From: Eledone cirrhosa
Taxonomy: Eukaryota
Length of the DNA: 64,000 bases
Assembly (NCBI GenBank): GCA_964016885.1
Contig: OZ024740.1
Coordinates: 277,140,001-277,204,000 of the forward strand
Direction of reading: 5' to 3'
Shown here one piece after another: positions 38,901 through 52,699 of the stretch. The notes under the pieces were generated by a model that was given only the letters and a program-made list of their open reading frames with translations, ran no database searches and had not been told where the DNA came from. Made by a program: the position numbers and the translations under genes. Each line of letters opens with the position of its first letter. The stretch's first letter is position 1.

Positions 38901-39814
38901 TCTTTTTTGTTGTTTTTTAAATTGTTATTATCATGAGTGGTTCCTCAATGGGAGCATTGCGTGGCTTAAGAATGAAATTATTAATAATATGATATACTTT
39001 TTGCTGAAGTTGCCTGTTATTGTTGTTGGCTATGTCGGTGGTGGTGCTGGGGCTTTTTCTATTGTTGGTAGGGAAGGGGGGAGCGAGCAGTGCCATAGCC
39101 ATTGTCGTTTGGCCGGTGGCCGGGTCACTAAGTCAATCTATTTATATCTTTTGCTAGCCTCTCCCTTGTCTAGTGATACCGCCACCTTCCCCTTTCTTAA
39201 GTTAACAGAAGGTAATGGGGGAATAGTGGTGGTAGCAATGAAGGTGTGGTGGCGGCGGTGATGGGATAGTGGTAGCAATGATGGATGGAGTGGTGGCGGC
39301 GGTGACTATAGTGATGGCGTTGTCGTTACTGAGTTTTATTGAATAGACTGTAGTTTTGTTTGATCTGTGTATCTATGCGTTTATCGCGTATGTTTAATAT
39401 ATGTGTTGACATATTTCTTAATATTGGAATTAAACATTTTGTGAAAACTTGAGACAATAATAATAGTAGTAATTATTATTATTTTGCTGGGATTGGTGGT
39501 GGTGGTGGTGAAATTGCCGTTATCTGGCTATTGTATTTAATGTACACAGAGGGGTGATGGGGTAGGTGGTGTATCTAGTTTCTGGTGTTGGTGAAATTGC
39601 TGTTATTTGGCTGTTCTATGTAGTGTAGACAGAGGGTTTTTTTTTCCATTTATAACCATTTTCTTTTTTGAATATAAAATGTATAATACAAAATTGAATA
39701 TTTGAGCGATATAACAATATATTATGGATCCGCATTTTCTGAGACTTGAGTTCGGTGCTTTATGTATCAATTGTACTAAGAATTGTTATTTCACAATTGA
39801 TTTAAATATGTTAA

Positions 39815-42311
39815 AAATCAAAAACTTACGGGAGCGATTTCATGACCTTCTATCCACCACGTGCCTCTTCTTCCCTTATTCTTATTCTTCTTAAAGGGTT
39901 CCCAAAAGAAACCCCACCAAATATGGAGGTCGAACCACCCCACCTTCACAAGACCCGGGAGGTAAGTAGACCTTCCCTCTCTCTCTCTTAGCTTACCAAT
40001 ATTAAGAGTAGGAAGTTTAAATGTTAGCGGCCTGGGGTCACCCTGGAAGCAGGGTCGCCTGCTCAACGACCTCCGGTCGCTGGAAATGGATGTGATTGCC
40101 GTAAGCGAGACCAGAATTTCCGACACGGGCGCACTAGCCCCCATTTTCGACGACTATCAGATCTTCGCATCTGTTAGCAGGCCGGGAATGGGGGGGGGGG
40201 GCAGTGCTGTTTAGGAAAGGACTGGATCTCGAGGTAAGGTCGATCTTCCAGGACTCGGACGGTAAGTTGGTGGTTTTGGATGTGAGCAGTAGCGAAGGTG
40301 GTGCCTTTAGACTGCTGGCCGTCTACACCCCTACAGGGGCCGGACGACCTGACTTCTTTAGGCGCCTGGAGACCTTTCTGGGTACGTCTCGCCCTTTACT
40401 GTTAGCGGGGGACTGGAATGGCATCTTAGACGCACGCTGGGATTGTGTGGGAGTAGCCGATAGGAGCGGGGGATGCAAAAGCCTCAAGCACCTACTCAGC
40501 CAGTTCCAACTGTCTGACAGGTATCGACTAGATTTCCCCAATGTGCCAGTATGGACATGGACCAACCGAATGGGGTCATCTAGATCGTATATAGACAGGA
40601 TCTTCATTAGGAAAATAGATAGAAATAGTGTGGCCTGTCCACTTTTTAAAACGGTCGCCTATTCAGATCACAAATTTGTGATCTGTACGGTCGACCTAAA
40701 TAAAACGCGTAGGTTAGGAGCGGGTAACTGGAAGCTGAACATGTCATTTCCGGCACGTAAGGCTTACAGGGACCGAGTCAACAATTTAGTTAAACAAAAG
40801 TTGACAGGGGGGATCATCAACAACAGATGGTGGGGGTCTCTCAAAAGAGAGATTAGAGTAACTTCGATAGAGTTCAGCAAAGAACTAGCGTTAGAGAAAA
40901 ATAGAAAGGAAGGGGAGCTGGTAGATAAGTTAGACGAGGCTATTTGTAGTGGCATCGCAACTGACGTGCTAGCGGCGAGAATGGCATTAGACCATTTCTT
41001 CAATGCCAAACACGACAGTTGCATTGTCAGAGCTAAGGCGCGTGCGCTGAGAAACGAAGGAACTAAAGCTGTTCGATGGGCCCGCGTGGCGGAGGCGCAG
41101 CGTGGTAATAAAACCACAATTAGGTCGTTGGCGGACCGAGACGGAGACGAGATAAGTGATTCCAAGCGGATGTGTGAGGCCTTTCGCCAGCACTTTGCTC
41201 GGTTGTTCAGAGAGAGTGGCGAGTCAGAGAGAGTAGCGGATTTCAGTCCCTACCTTGACGGCTTGCCGCGCATCTCGACGGTCGACGCTGAGCGCTGCGA
41301 AAGGCCGATTACTTCAGCCGAAATTCAGGACGCCCTTGTCGGCTGCATGAGGCGCAAGTCACCCGGTTTGGATGGCCTGCCCTACGAGCTTTACGTAAAT
41401 ATGCCAGACTTGTTCTCCGAACTCCTCGAAGCACTCTGCTGCAACTGGCAGCAGAATGGGAGTATTCCCAGTTCTGTGAGCAGGGGAGTGGTGACGCTGA
41501 TAAGGAAAGACGAGAACAAGAGGGATACATTAGACAACTTCACGCCCATAACTCTGCTCAACACAGAGTTTAAGATTTTGGCCAAGGTGTTAGCAAAGAG
41601 ATTGGCGCTTGTCGTCGAGGATTTGGTTGGGGAGGCGCAAACTTGCGCAATCCCAACCAGGTCCATACACGACAATCTCCACCTCATGCGATACATCATA
41701 GAGAGGGTAGGGTGTAAACCTGACTTCGGTGGGGCACTGATCAATTTAGATCAATCGAAAGCATTCGATAGGGTCGACCATCGGTATCTGGAGTTTGTCC
41801 TCAAAGCAGCTGGCTTCGGCCCTGTCTTTAGAAGCTGGATCGTTGCAATGCACAGCGACACATTCTCGCTGGTCAAGGTTAATGGCCACCTCTCGGAACC
41901 GTTTCGGCTCTCCCGATCGGTCCGTCAAGGGTGCCCCTCTCATCCCTTCTGTACGTATTGACTCTCGAGCCTTTACTGCGGAAGCTGGAGCTGTTGCAGA
42001 GCATCCCGCTCGAACCGGGACGTGGAAAGGCGGTGTCGGCTTATGCGAACGACATCACCGTGATGGTGTCGAACACCTCAGAAATCGACACCTTATTGAA
42101 GGAATATGAAAGGTTGACAGGAGCCAAACTTAACCCGGAAAAGTCGGTGGGCTTGCAGCTCAGAACCTGGAGAGGCAAGCCCATGCCGTCCAACAGCGTC
42201 GTGGGGCGCTGGACGGACGGACCGGTAAAGTTGCTCGGGGTTGGGTTCGGAACAGACCTCCAGGTGGAAAAGAATTGGGACGAGGTAACGAGCAGAGTAG
42301 CCAGTCTCACC
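39815..42311 (+). mobile_element. L1/Tx1-like unit A: ORF1 tail plus ORF2 (APE-RT), 3'-truncated
   Basis: GSLNVSGL, SETR, GDWN, IDRIF, SDH, KSPGLDGLP, DQSKAFDRVDH, SVRQGCP, YAND; frameshifts at the G-run near 40190 and near 41940. Confidence 0.9.
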
Positions 42312-45300
42312 GCGTCTGTCCTCGTCGGAATCGAGGACAAAACAACTGTACTGCAAGTACAGAAAAAAGTAAGAGAAGATTGGGTCGGCACCTCCATTGA
42401 GATGTTAATCCAAACCAACCAGGAGTGCATCGAAGCTATCCCGGATGTGATAGACTTCGATAACGTCACTCAACTGCCCATAAGTGATGAGGGCAAACGC
42501 CCGAAATGCTTTCGCTGTGGATCGAAGACTCACCTCAGGGCCTTCAGCAACGAGAAGACCCTGAGAAAGGAGAAAACCCCCCTCCTTCCGAAACCGGCTC
42601 CACGGCTACCAGCAACAGGACAAGCGTCAACCAGGAACGATAGGTCCGTGGCACCCATACACACGCCACGGAAATCAAAAACAGCAGCAGCAGTGGAAGT
42701 ATTAACAACAACAACAACAGCAATACCAAATGCAGCTGCAACAGAGACTCCAGTGCAAACATCACCAACAACAAGTGAAAGAGTGGAGCTGGTACCCCTC
42801 CTCGACCTCACAGAATCAGACATGGAGTGTGAGGTGGGAGAGGGATGGCAAAAGGTCGTAAGAAGGCACAAACGCAGAAGCAGCGGATCGTCGCCTTTGA
42901 AAAGGGAGGAAAGAAATGAAAAAAGGGTAAAGTGTACTGGAAAGAGACTCACAGCAGCAACACCACCAACACCATCACCACCCACACTAGCACCACCATC
43001 ACCACCGGCGACAACCCCACCGCCAACAACAACAACACCTTCAACACCACCACAACAAGCACCAACATCGCAAACACAACAACAAAACACACACACCCAA
43101 CAAAAACGACAAGAAAATAGCAGAACCACACCCCTCCCCCAGAAAAACAAATGCACGGCAATAAATACACACAACAAGAAACTAATGACTTACATAATCG
43201 AACACACAGACATTTCACAACACGACTACATAATACCAGCACCAATCAAAACGCCAACTAACATAAGACTGCTAAAAATAGCACAGAAACAATACACAAA
43301 CATTAAAACGAAATTCCCCAACGCAGTTGGTGATTTCAGAGACCTAGGAGGAACTATCAACCGAAGAGTATATTCGGACATACTCATAGAAGAGCCGATG
43401 ACCAGCCGAAGGGACGATTCAACGGTCCCTTCACCAGACGATCAAGTGAAAAGGGATGTAAAAACCATCCCTCCTCTACGAAAAGTACGGTAAGGGGTCT
43501 TTCCCATCTTTTCCACTCTATTTTAAACATGACCTCACTCAGAATAGGCAGCATAAATGCGCGTGGCTTGGGGTCGTCATGGAAGCAGGGTCACCTGCTC
43601 AACGACCTCAGGTCACTAAACATAGATGTAGTGGCCATCAGCGAGACCAGAATCTCCGAAGCACGGGCCTTCGCACCGATCTTCGGCGGCTACGATGTGT
43701 ACGCATCTCCCTGCCGTCCTGTATCGGGGGGAGGAGTTGCTGTGCTTTTTCCGAGAGGTTTGGATCTCGCCATACGGGCCATCTTCCTGGACCCAGAGGG
43801 TAAGTTGGTGGTGCTGGACGTGACCAGCGGAGACTGGCAAGCTTTCAGGCTAGTGGCCGTCTATGCCCCGACAGGAGCAGGGCGGCCTGATTTCTTCCGG
43901 CGTCTGGAGACCTTTCTTGGAACGTCCCGCTCTTTAGTGTTAATGGGCGACTGGAACGGGATCTTAGATGCACGCTGGGACTGTGTAGGATTAGCGGATA
44001 GGGGTGGAGGGTATAAGAGCCTCACCAACCTGCTCAGGCGTTTTGAACTGTCTGACAGGTACCGATTGGATTTCCCGAATGTGCCAATGTGGACTTGGAC
44101 AAATCGCATAGGGTCATCCAGATCATATCTAGATAGAGTATTTTGTAGGGAAATAGATAGGTCTAGCATAGGCTGTCCACAATTCAAGATAGTCAGCTAC
44201 ACGGACCACAAATTCGTGATCTGTGTGCTTGACTTAGATAGGCTTCATAGACGAGGACCCGGCTACTGGAAGCTAAACGCGTCCTTACCAGCGCGCAAGG
44301 CCTACAGAGACCGGATTAGCGAACTAGTTAAGCGGGCGTTGACGCGGGCCATCGTCAACAACAAGTGGTGATTTGCTCTGAAAAGAGCGATTAGAATAGA
44401 ATCGATTAGGTTTAGTAAGGCTTTAGCAATAGAGAAAAATAGAGCAGAGGGAGAACTAGTTAGAAAATTAGACGAGGCGCTTAGCAAAGGCATTGCGACG
44501 TGCTTGCGGCGAAATTGGCCCTTGACCAATTCTTCAATGCAAAGCACGGAGGCTGCGTTGTCAGAGCAAGGGTGCGTGCTCTCAGACACGAGGGGACGAA
44601 AGCCGTTCAATGGGCCCGAGTGGCGGAGGCGCGTCGTGGCAACAAAGCCACGATCCGGTCTTTGGTGGACCACGACGGGCGCATGCTACTCGATCCCGGG
44701 CAAATGTGTGAAGCTTTTCAGCGACACTTCGCTCAGCTGTTCGGGGGCAGCGGTGGGCCAGGTCGAGGGATAGACTTTAGTGTCTACCTTGACGGACTGC
44801 CGCGGCTCTCGGCCACTGAGGCGAAGTGTTGCGAAAAGCCGATAACAGCCGCTGAAGTAAGGGAGGCAATGACTGGCTGCACAAGGGGTAAATCGCCTGG
44901 TTTGGATGGTCTGCCCTATGAACTTTACGTACAGATGCCAGACTTGTTCGGAGGCCTCTTGGCGGACGTCTACTGCAACTGGCAACATAACGGGAGAATT
45001 CCCAGTTCTGTGAGCCGAGGAGCGGTGGCACTGCTGAGAAAGTATCCGAACAAGGGGGATAACATAGATAATTTCCGGCCCATAACTCTGCTAAACACAG
45101 AGTTCAAGATTTTGGCCAATGTGCTAGCAAAGAGGTTGGCGCTTGTCGTTGGTGGCCTGGTGGGAGAGGCGCAGACATGTGCCATTCCCGACAGATCCAT
45201 CCACGACAACCTCCACCTCATGCGATACATTGTAGAGAGGGTAACTAGGGAACCTGGCACGGGTGGGTCCTTGATCAATTTAGATCAGTCGAAAGCTTTC

Positions 45301-46526
45301 GATAGGGTCGACCATCGTTACCTAGTGGCAGTCCTGAGGGCGGCTGGCTTTGGGCCCGTCTTCAGAGGCTGGATCGCTGCCATGCACAGCGACATCTGCT
45401 CTGTGGTGAGAGTGAACGGTCACCTGTCGGAACCGTTCAACATCATGCGCTCGGTCCGCCAAGGATGTCCCCTTTCGTCCCTCTTGTACGTATTGACTCT
45501 CGAGCCATTACTGCACAAACTGTAGACGTTGAGGGGCATCCCGCGCGAACTAGGATGCGGAAGATCCGTGTCAGCATATGCGGACGATGTCCCCGCAGTG
45601 GTGTCGAACGCCAAACACATCGAGGCGATCGGCACTACACTAAGAGAATACGAAGCGGTGACAGGAGCAATGATCAACCAGGAAAAGTCAGTGGGCCTGC
45701 AGCTCGGCACCTGGAGAGGCAGGTTCATGTCGTCCAACAGCGTCGTCGGACGCTGGACGGACGGACCGGTTAAATTCCTAGGGGTCTGGTTCGGTCCGGA
45801 CCTCCAGACGGACAAAAACTGGGACGAGGTGACGAGCAGGGTGGCTTCTCTCACCCAGAAATGGGCGGAGAGGAAGCTATCCCTGAAAGGTCGAGCGGAG
45901 GTGGCTAACGCGTACATCGCGTCTGTCATCTGCTACCGCCTGACCGTCGTACCTTTTCCTAAGCCTCGCCTGACTGCGCTGGAGCGTTTGCTCTTTCGCT
46001 TTTTGTGGAAGGGACGCGCTCCGATGGTCAGGCGGTCCATCTGTTGTCAACACCCGCTACATGGAGGGCTGGGTATGCCGTGGCTGATGATGCGCAGGCA
46101 CGCGCTTAGGCTACGACATCTCCACCTCTTCCTCGACGGTGATCAGGTGTGGTCGCCGTTTGTTAGACACGTATTTTCCCAGCTCGTTTCCTTGACGGAG
46201 CTGCAGTCCTGGGTCAAGCGAAGACCGAGAGGGAGCGCCTGGAGACTGGAATGTCTTCAGGCGCTCACAGCCCTCAACCAATCAGGCAATGTGATCGGTG
46301 GAAACTCCACCTCGGCGTTCTATAGAGGATTAGTGGGGGGGGGGGGAGAGCGACGACGTACTTGGGGAAACTCTAAGCGTCGACGAAAATCAACTAGCCA
46401 ATCTCTTCGGAAGAACTTTCGGGCCAGGGCCTATGGACAACTTCCAGAAATCTCTGGCCTGGCTGTGCTACCGAGGAGCCTTGCCAGTTCGGGATAAACT
46501 CTACAGGCATGGAGGTGCCGTCAGCC
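42312..46526 (+). mobile_element. L1/Tx1-like unit B: partial ORF1 (to 43493) plus ORF2 (from 43529), 3'-truncated
   Basis: ORF1 zinc knuckle CFRCGSKTH; ORF2 APE and RT motifs with YADD; stops at 44371 and 45525. Confidence 0.92.
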
Positions 46527-49500
46527 TTAGGGTCTGTATGGCAGCGGAAAACGCATATCACTCGAGGCAAGAAATATGCCACCGTGGGCATGCTTTTTGC
46601 CACAACCCAGGAGGCAAAGGCTCAATCCTTAGTGACCCTAAGGAGCGAGGAAAGGGTGTTGGTGCCCTCCTACTGCGGGCAAAAAATAGTGAGGGTCAAA
46701 CTGACCCAAGTCCCCCCCCCCCTCCTCGGGATGGCCCCTTATTGACTGGCCGCATCTGTCCTCGTTGGAATCGAGGACAAAACAACCGTACTGCAAGTAC
46801 AGAAAAAAGTACGAGAAGATTAGGTCGGCACCTCCATTGAGATGTTAATTCAAACCAACCAGGAGTGGATCGAAGCTATCCCGGATGTGATAGACTTTGA
46901 TAACGGCACTCAACTTCCCATAGAGTTGAGGGCAAACGCCCGAAATGCTTTTGCTGTGGGTCGAAGACTCACCTCAGGGCCTTCTGCAATGAGAAGACCC
47001 TGAGAAAGGAGAAAACCCCCTCCTTCCGAAACCGGCTCCACTGCTACCAACAACAGAACAGGCGGCAAGCAGGAAGGATTGGTCCGTGGCACCCACGCCA
47101 CGGAAATCAAGAACAGCAGCAGCAGTGGAAGTATTAACAACAACAACAGCAGCAGCAGTGGAAGTATTAACAACAACATTAATACCAACTGCAGCTGCAA
47201 CAGAGACTCCACTGCAACCATCACCAACAAGAACAAGTGAAAGAGTGGACCTCACAGAATCGGACATGGAGTGTGAGGTGGGAGAGGGATCGCAAAAGAT
47301 CGCACAAACGCAGAAGCAGCGCATCGTCGCCTTCGAAAATGGAAGGAAGAAATGAAAAAAGGTTAAAGGCTACTGCAAATAGACTTACAGCAGCAACACC
47401 ACCAACACCATCACCACCCACACTAGCACTACCATCACCTTCAACACCACCACCACAAGCACCAACATCGCAAACACAACAACAAAACATACACACCCAA
47501 CAACAACGACAAGAAAATAGCAGAACCACACCCCGCCGCCTGCAAAAGAAATGCACAGCAATAAATACACACAACAAGAAACTTACACAATTGAATACAC
47601 AGACATTTCAGAGCACGACTACATAATACCAGCACCAATCAAAACACCAACGAACATAAGACTGGTAAGAATAGCACTGAAACAATACACAAACATTTAA
47701 ACGAAATTCCCCAACGCAATTGGTGATTTCAGAGACCTAGGAGGGACACTCAACCGGAGAGTATATTCGGATATACTCACAGAAGAGCGAACGACCAGCC
47801 GAAGGGACGATTCAACGGTCCCTTCACCAGACAATCAAGGTAAGTGATCCTTTCTCACTTGCCCCGTTCGCACCCAACATGGCCGTACTCAGAATGGGCA
47901 GTATAAATGCACGTGGCCTGGGGTCATCTTGGAAGCAGGGTCACCTGCTCAACGACCTCAGGTCACTAAACATAGATGTGGTGGCCATCAGTGAGACCAG
48001 AATCTCCGAAGCACAAGCCTTCGCACCGATCTTTGGCGTCTACGATGTATACGCATCTCCCAGCCGTCCAGGATCGGAGGAGAGGGGTTGTCATCCTTTT
48101 TCGGAGAGGCTTGGAACTCGCCATACGGGCCATCTTCCTAGACCCAGAAGGTAAGTCGGTGGTACTGGACGGTGGTACTGGACGGCTAATAGCCGTCTAC
48201 GCCTCAACAGGGGCAGGACGGCCAGATTTCTTCAGACGTCTAGAGACCTTTCTTGGAACGTCCCGCTCCTTAGTGTTAGTGGGCGACTGGAACGGTATCT
48301 TGGATGCACGCTGTGTGGGGCTAGTGGATAGGGAAGGAGGGTGCAAGAGCCTCACCAACCTGCTCAGTCGTTTTGAACTGTCTGACAGGTATCGACTGGA
48401 TCACCCGAATGTGCCAATGTGGACATGGACAAACCGCATCGGGTCATCCAGATCGTATCTCGATAGGGTATTCTGCAGAGAACTAGATAAGGCTAGTATA
48501 AGTTGTCCACAATTTAAAATAGTCGACTACACAGACCACAAATTTGTGATATGTGAGATCGACATAGACAGACTTCATAGACAAGGGTCCGGTTACTGGA
48601 AGCTGAACGCGTCTTTCCAGGCGCACAAAGCCTTCAGAGACCGGATTAGCGTATTCGTTAAGCGGGCGTTGACGGGAGCGGTCGTCAACAACAGGTGGTG
48701 GTTCGCCCTGAAAAGGGCAATTAAAGTAGAGTCGATTAAGTTTAGCAAAGGAGTAGTGATAGAGGAAAATAGAGTAGAGGGAGAGCTAGTCAGAAAGCTA
48801 GAAGAGGCGTTTAGGACAGGCATCGCAACCGACGTGCTTGCGGCGAGATTGGCACTCGACCAATTCTTCAACGCAAAACACGAAGGCTGCGTTGTCAGAG
48901 CTAAATCCCGTGCTCTGAATCACGAGGGGACAAAAGCCGCCCAATGGGCCCGGGTGGCAGAGGCGCGACGTGGAAACAAAGCCACAATTCGGCCTTTGTC
49001 TGACCAAAACGGGTGCATGATGCTCGAACCCGAGCGGATGTGTGAACCTTTTCAGCAGCACTTTGCTGAACTGTTCGGGAGCAGCGGCGGCCCGGATCGG
49101 GGCATGAACTTCAGTGCATACCTCGACAGACTCCCTCGGCTCTCGACGACCGCATCACAGTGTTGCAAAAAACGATGGCTAACTGCACGAGGGGTAAATC
49201 GCCAGGTTTGGATGGTCTGCCCTACGAGCATTATTCATTTAAGCCAGACTTCTTCGGTGACCTCTTGGCAGACGTCTACTGCAACTGGCAGCAGAACGGG
49301 AGCATTCCTAGTTTTGTGAGCCGGGATTGGTGGCGCTGCTGAGAAAAGACGCGAACAAGGGGGATGTTATCGAACATTTCAGGCCCATAACCCTGCTAAA
49401 CGCAGAGTTCAAGATTTTGGCCAACGTGTTAGCAACGAGGTTGACGCTTGTCGTCAAGGGTCTGGTGGGTCCAAAGCATTCGATAGGGTCGACCATCGGT

Positions 49501-51388
49501 ACCTGGCGGCGGTCCGTTTTCAGGAGTTGGATCGCAGCGATATACAGCGACATCTGCTCTGTTGTGTGGGTGAACGGTCACCTGTCGCAGCCGTTCAGCA
49601 TCATGCGCTCAGTCCGCCAGGGTTGTCCCCTCTCGTCCCTCTTGTACGTATTGGCTCTCCAGCCGTTACCGCACAAACTGTGGGCGATGAGGAGCGTCCC
49701 ACGCAAACTAGGATGCGGGAAATCCGAGTTGGCTTACGTCGACGACGTCACCGTGGTGGTGTCGAGCACCAGACACCTCCAGATGCTCGGCACCGATCTC
49801 AAGGAATACGAAGCGGTGACAGGAGCAAAATAAACCAGGCAAAGTCGGTGGGCTTGCAGCTCGGCACCTGGAGAGGCAAGTCCATGCCGTCTGACAGCGT
49901 CCTGGGGCGTTGGACGGACGGACCGGTTAAATTTCTCGGGGTCTGGTTCGGACCGGACCTCCAGATGGAGAAAAACTGGAACGAGGTGACGAACAGGGTG
50001 GCCTCCCTCACCCAGAAATGGGCCGAGAGGAAGCTGTCCCTGAAAGGCCGGGCGGGGGTGGTGAATGCGTACATCGCATCCGTCATCTGCTACCGCCTCA
50101 CCGTCGTCCCTTGCTCCAGCCCAACTCTCACCAAAATGGAGCGCCTCCTCTTCCGCTTTTTGTGGAGGGGACGCGCTCCCATGGTCAGACGATCCATCTA
50201 CTGTCAACACCCGTTACGTGGAGGACTGGGCATGCCATGGCTGATGATGCGCAAACATGCGCTGAGGCTGCGACATCTCTGGTGCTTCCTTGATGGTGAA
50301 CAGGTGTGGTCGCCGTTCGCCAGGCACGTTTTCTCACAGCTCGTCTCCTTGACGGAGCTGCAGTACTGGGTCAGAAAAAGACCGAGGGATAGCGCTTGAA
50401 ACTGGAATGTCTCCAGGCGCTCACTGCCCTCTGCCAGCTGGGCACCAGTATCGGTGGAACATCCACCTCGGCGTTCTATAGAGGACTAGTGGAGGGGAAG
50501 AGCGACGACATTCTCGGAGAGATCCTGGGAGTCGAAGAAGATCAGCTGTTTGCTCTCTTCCGGAGAACTTTCAGACCAGGGCCTATGGATAACTTCCAAA
50601 AATCCCTGGCCTGGCAGTGCTACCGGGAGCCCTGCCTGTTCGCGATAAGCTCTACAGGCACGGAAGTGCCGTCAGCCGAGCCTGTCCGAGATGCGCGCAG
50701 AACGACGAAACCGTCGTGCACGCACTCGTTCAGTGCCCGAGCATTGCTGACTTGTGGAGCTATGTCGAACAGTTGCTGTCGCGTGTAGGACTGATCCGGT
50801 TAACGACTGAGTCCATTGTGCAGATGGTCTCGCCGTCTTCCTTCGAGGAGGAAGGGCAGGCGGTTTTCATCTGCCTGGTGGCCATGGCGAAAGAGATTGT
50901 GTGGTGGACAAGGTTAAAAGGGTTAAAGACAGACGAATCCCTAATTAACTTTTTCAAGTTTCACTTGAAGAGGAAAATTAGGGTGGGGAGGCAAGTGCTG
51001 TCTTCTAGCAAGTTTGTTGAAAGGTGGGTGAATGTAGCGAGAATGGTCCGAGTGAACGTGACCGCTCTGAATATACGCCTGTAGTTTGAGAGATGGAAAA
51101 ATTGAGAGATGGCGCTTGCCCTGGCGGTCTGGGTGGCCGTGGTCTTTTGTGTGGTTTTCGCTACGAGTAACCCTCGGAGGTTTCCCCCCTATTGGGGAAT
51201 TTTTCATTGTTTCAATTTTCATTTTTATTGTTTATATATATGTATATTTTTCTATGTCTTTTTTTTTCTTTTCTTATATAAATAATAAAAATATTTACAC
51301 GCACAAAACACACATCGTACCGCCCTGTACCGTCATGTGCCGTCTGTAATGTTTTTCTTGATGTCAGCCCTTGTGGCCAATAAAGAAA

Positions 51389-51448
<60 letters not shown>
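46527..51448 (+). mobile_element. L1/Tx1-like unit C: partial ORF1, ORF2 (47879-51084, frameshifted), 3'UTR, (ATT)n tail
   Basis: ORF1 CFCCGSKTHLRAFC; ORF2 APE, RT with YVDD, C-terminal CPRCAQNDETVVHALVQC; AATAAA then (ATT)n at 51391-51448. Confidence 0.92.
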
Positions 51449-51449
<1 letters not shown>

Positions 51450-51916
51450 AGTTGCATTTATCTTGCTTTATGTTCATACGAGTTATCACCAAGTCACAAC
51501 CAGTGACCTCTAGAGACAACAAGGTCCGCCATGTTCAAGGAAGAACATACATACTCACACATGCATCTTTAGTGTTTAGACTTGTGATGTACTTATATTG
51601 ACAGAATCTTCCTTAGTATATGGGCAGTTCCCATTAGTACTATCTTTTGTATTTCTCCTATACGCGGGTTTCCTGGGATCTCCGATAAGTAATCATTAGA
51701 CCCCTTAGGTATCATTCCCAGAGCGCATACAACCACTGGTATTGTTTTAGTTCTCAATTTCCACATTTTTCCAATTTCTATCTCCAGGTCCTTATACTTG
51801 CTCAATTTTTCAAATGTTTTTATAGATACATTCTTGTCTATTGGAACAGACATATCAATTAGCAGGCATACCCTCTTTTTAAAGTCCTTCAATATTATAT
51901 CAGGTCTGTTTGCATC

Positions 51917-51921
<5 letters not shown>
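51449..51921 (-). mobile_element. R4/Dong copy 3, 5'-truncated 3' end, inside (ATT)n
   Basis: Highly similar to 34947-35420; (ATT)n on both sides (51391-51448 and 51922-51981). Confidence 0.95.
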
Positions 51922-51982
<61 letters not shown>

Positions 51983-51984
51983 AA

Positions 51985-52195
51985 GACGGTGGATTGGCAG
52001 TATCGGTAGAGCGTCAGACGCTATACTTTCCGGCATAGAATTATGGCCCTTTCCGTTCTGGTTTCAAATCCCGCTGAGGATTCTTACGGGATCGATAAAA
52101 TAAATTACCAGTAATGCACTGACGTCGATTTAATCGACTTTCCCCCACCACCAAAATTGCTGGTCTTGTGCCTAAATCAAAAACAATTATTATTA
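51985..52195 (+). mobile_element. SINE family A with internal deletion; an older tail follows at about 52215-52316
   Basis: Box A TGGCAGTATCGGTAGAG, box B-like GTTTCAAATCCC, tail with (ATT)n. Confidence 0.8.
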
Positions 52196-52699
52196 TTTTT
52201 ATTGATGAAACAAAGTAAATAACTGGGATCGATACACTAAATAACTGTATCGATACAGTCGGCTTTTCCCTCGCTACCAAATTTACTGGCCTTGTACCTA
52301 AAATAGAAATCATTATTCTGTAGGCTCATTTTTATTGTGTCCTTTCACTGTTTTGTTATTGTTTTCTTTATTGTATTGTAATATATCTGCGTAATATATA
52401 TTCTGTGCCTAGTAATGTTATTTCCTGTAAGGTGTGCATATGTGAAAGTCATGGGATTTCAGTTATGTATTTTTATCATTCCAAAGTTAATTATTATTGG
52501 GATTAAGTTTGTTTCCGAATTATCTCTATTTCCAGATTTTTATGTTTGAATAATTTCTCACTTGTTTTATGAGCTACATTGTTATCTATTTTGTATTGAT
52601 ATATCGATTAGAAAGTATTTCTTTTCTTGGTGGTCCTTCGCAAAACATCTGGTTGATTAGCCCTCATCCACCTGTCTATGATGTGAAATTAAGAGTATG

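Noticed and set aside
39962-39991. 30-nt GT..AG micro-intron fusing Tx1 ORF1 to ORF2
   Set aside because: Removal leaves ORF1 and ORF2 out of frame, and units B and C have no AG before the ORF2 ATG.
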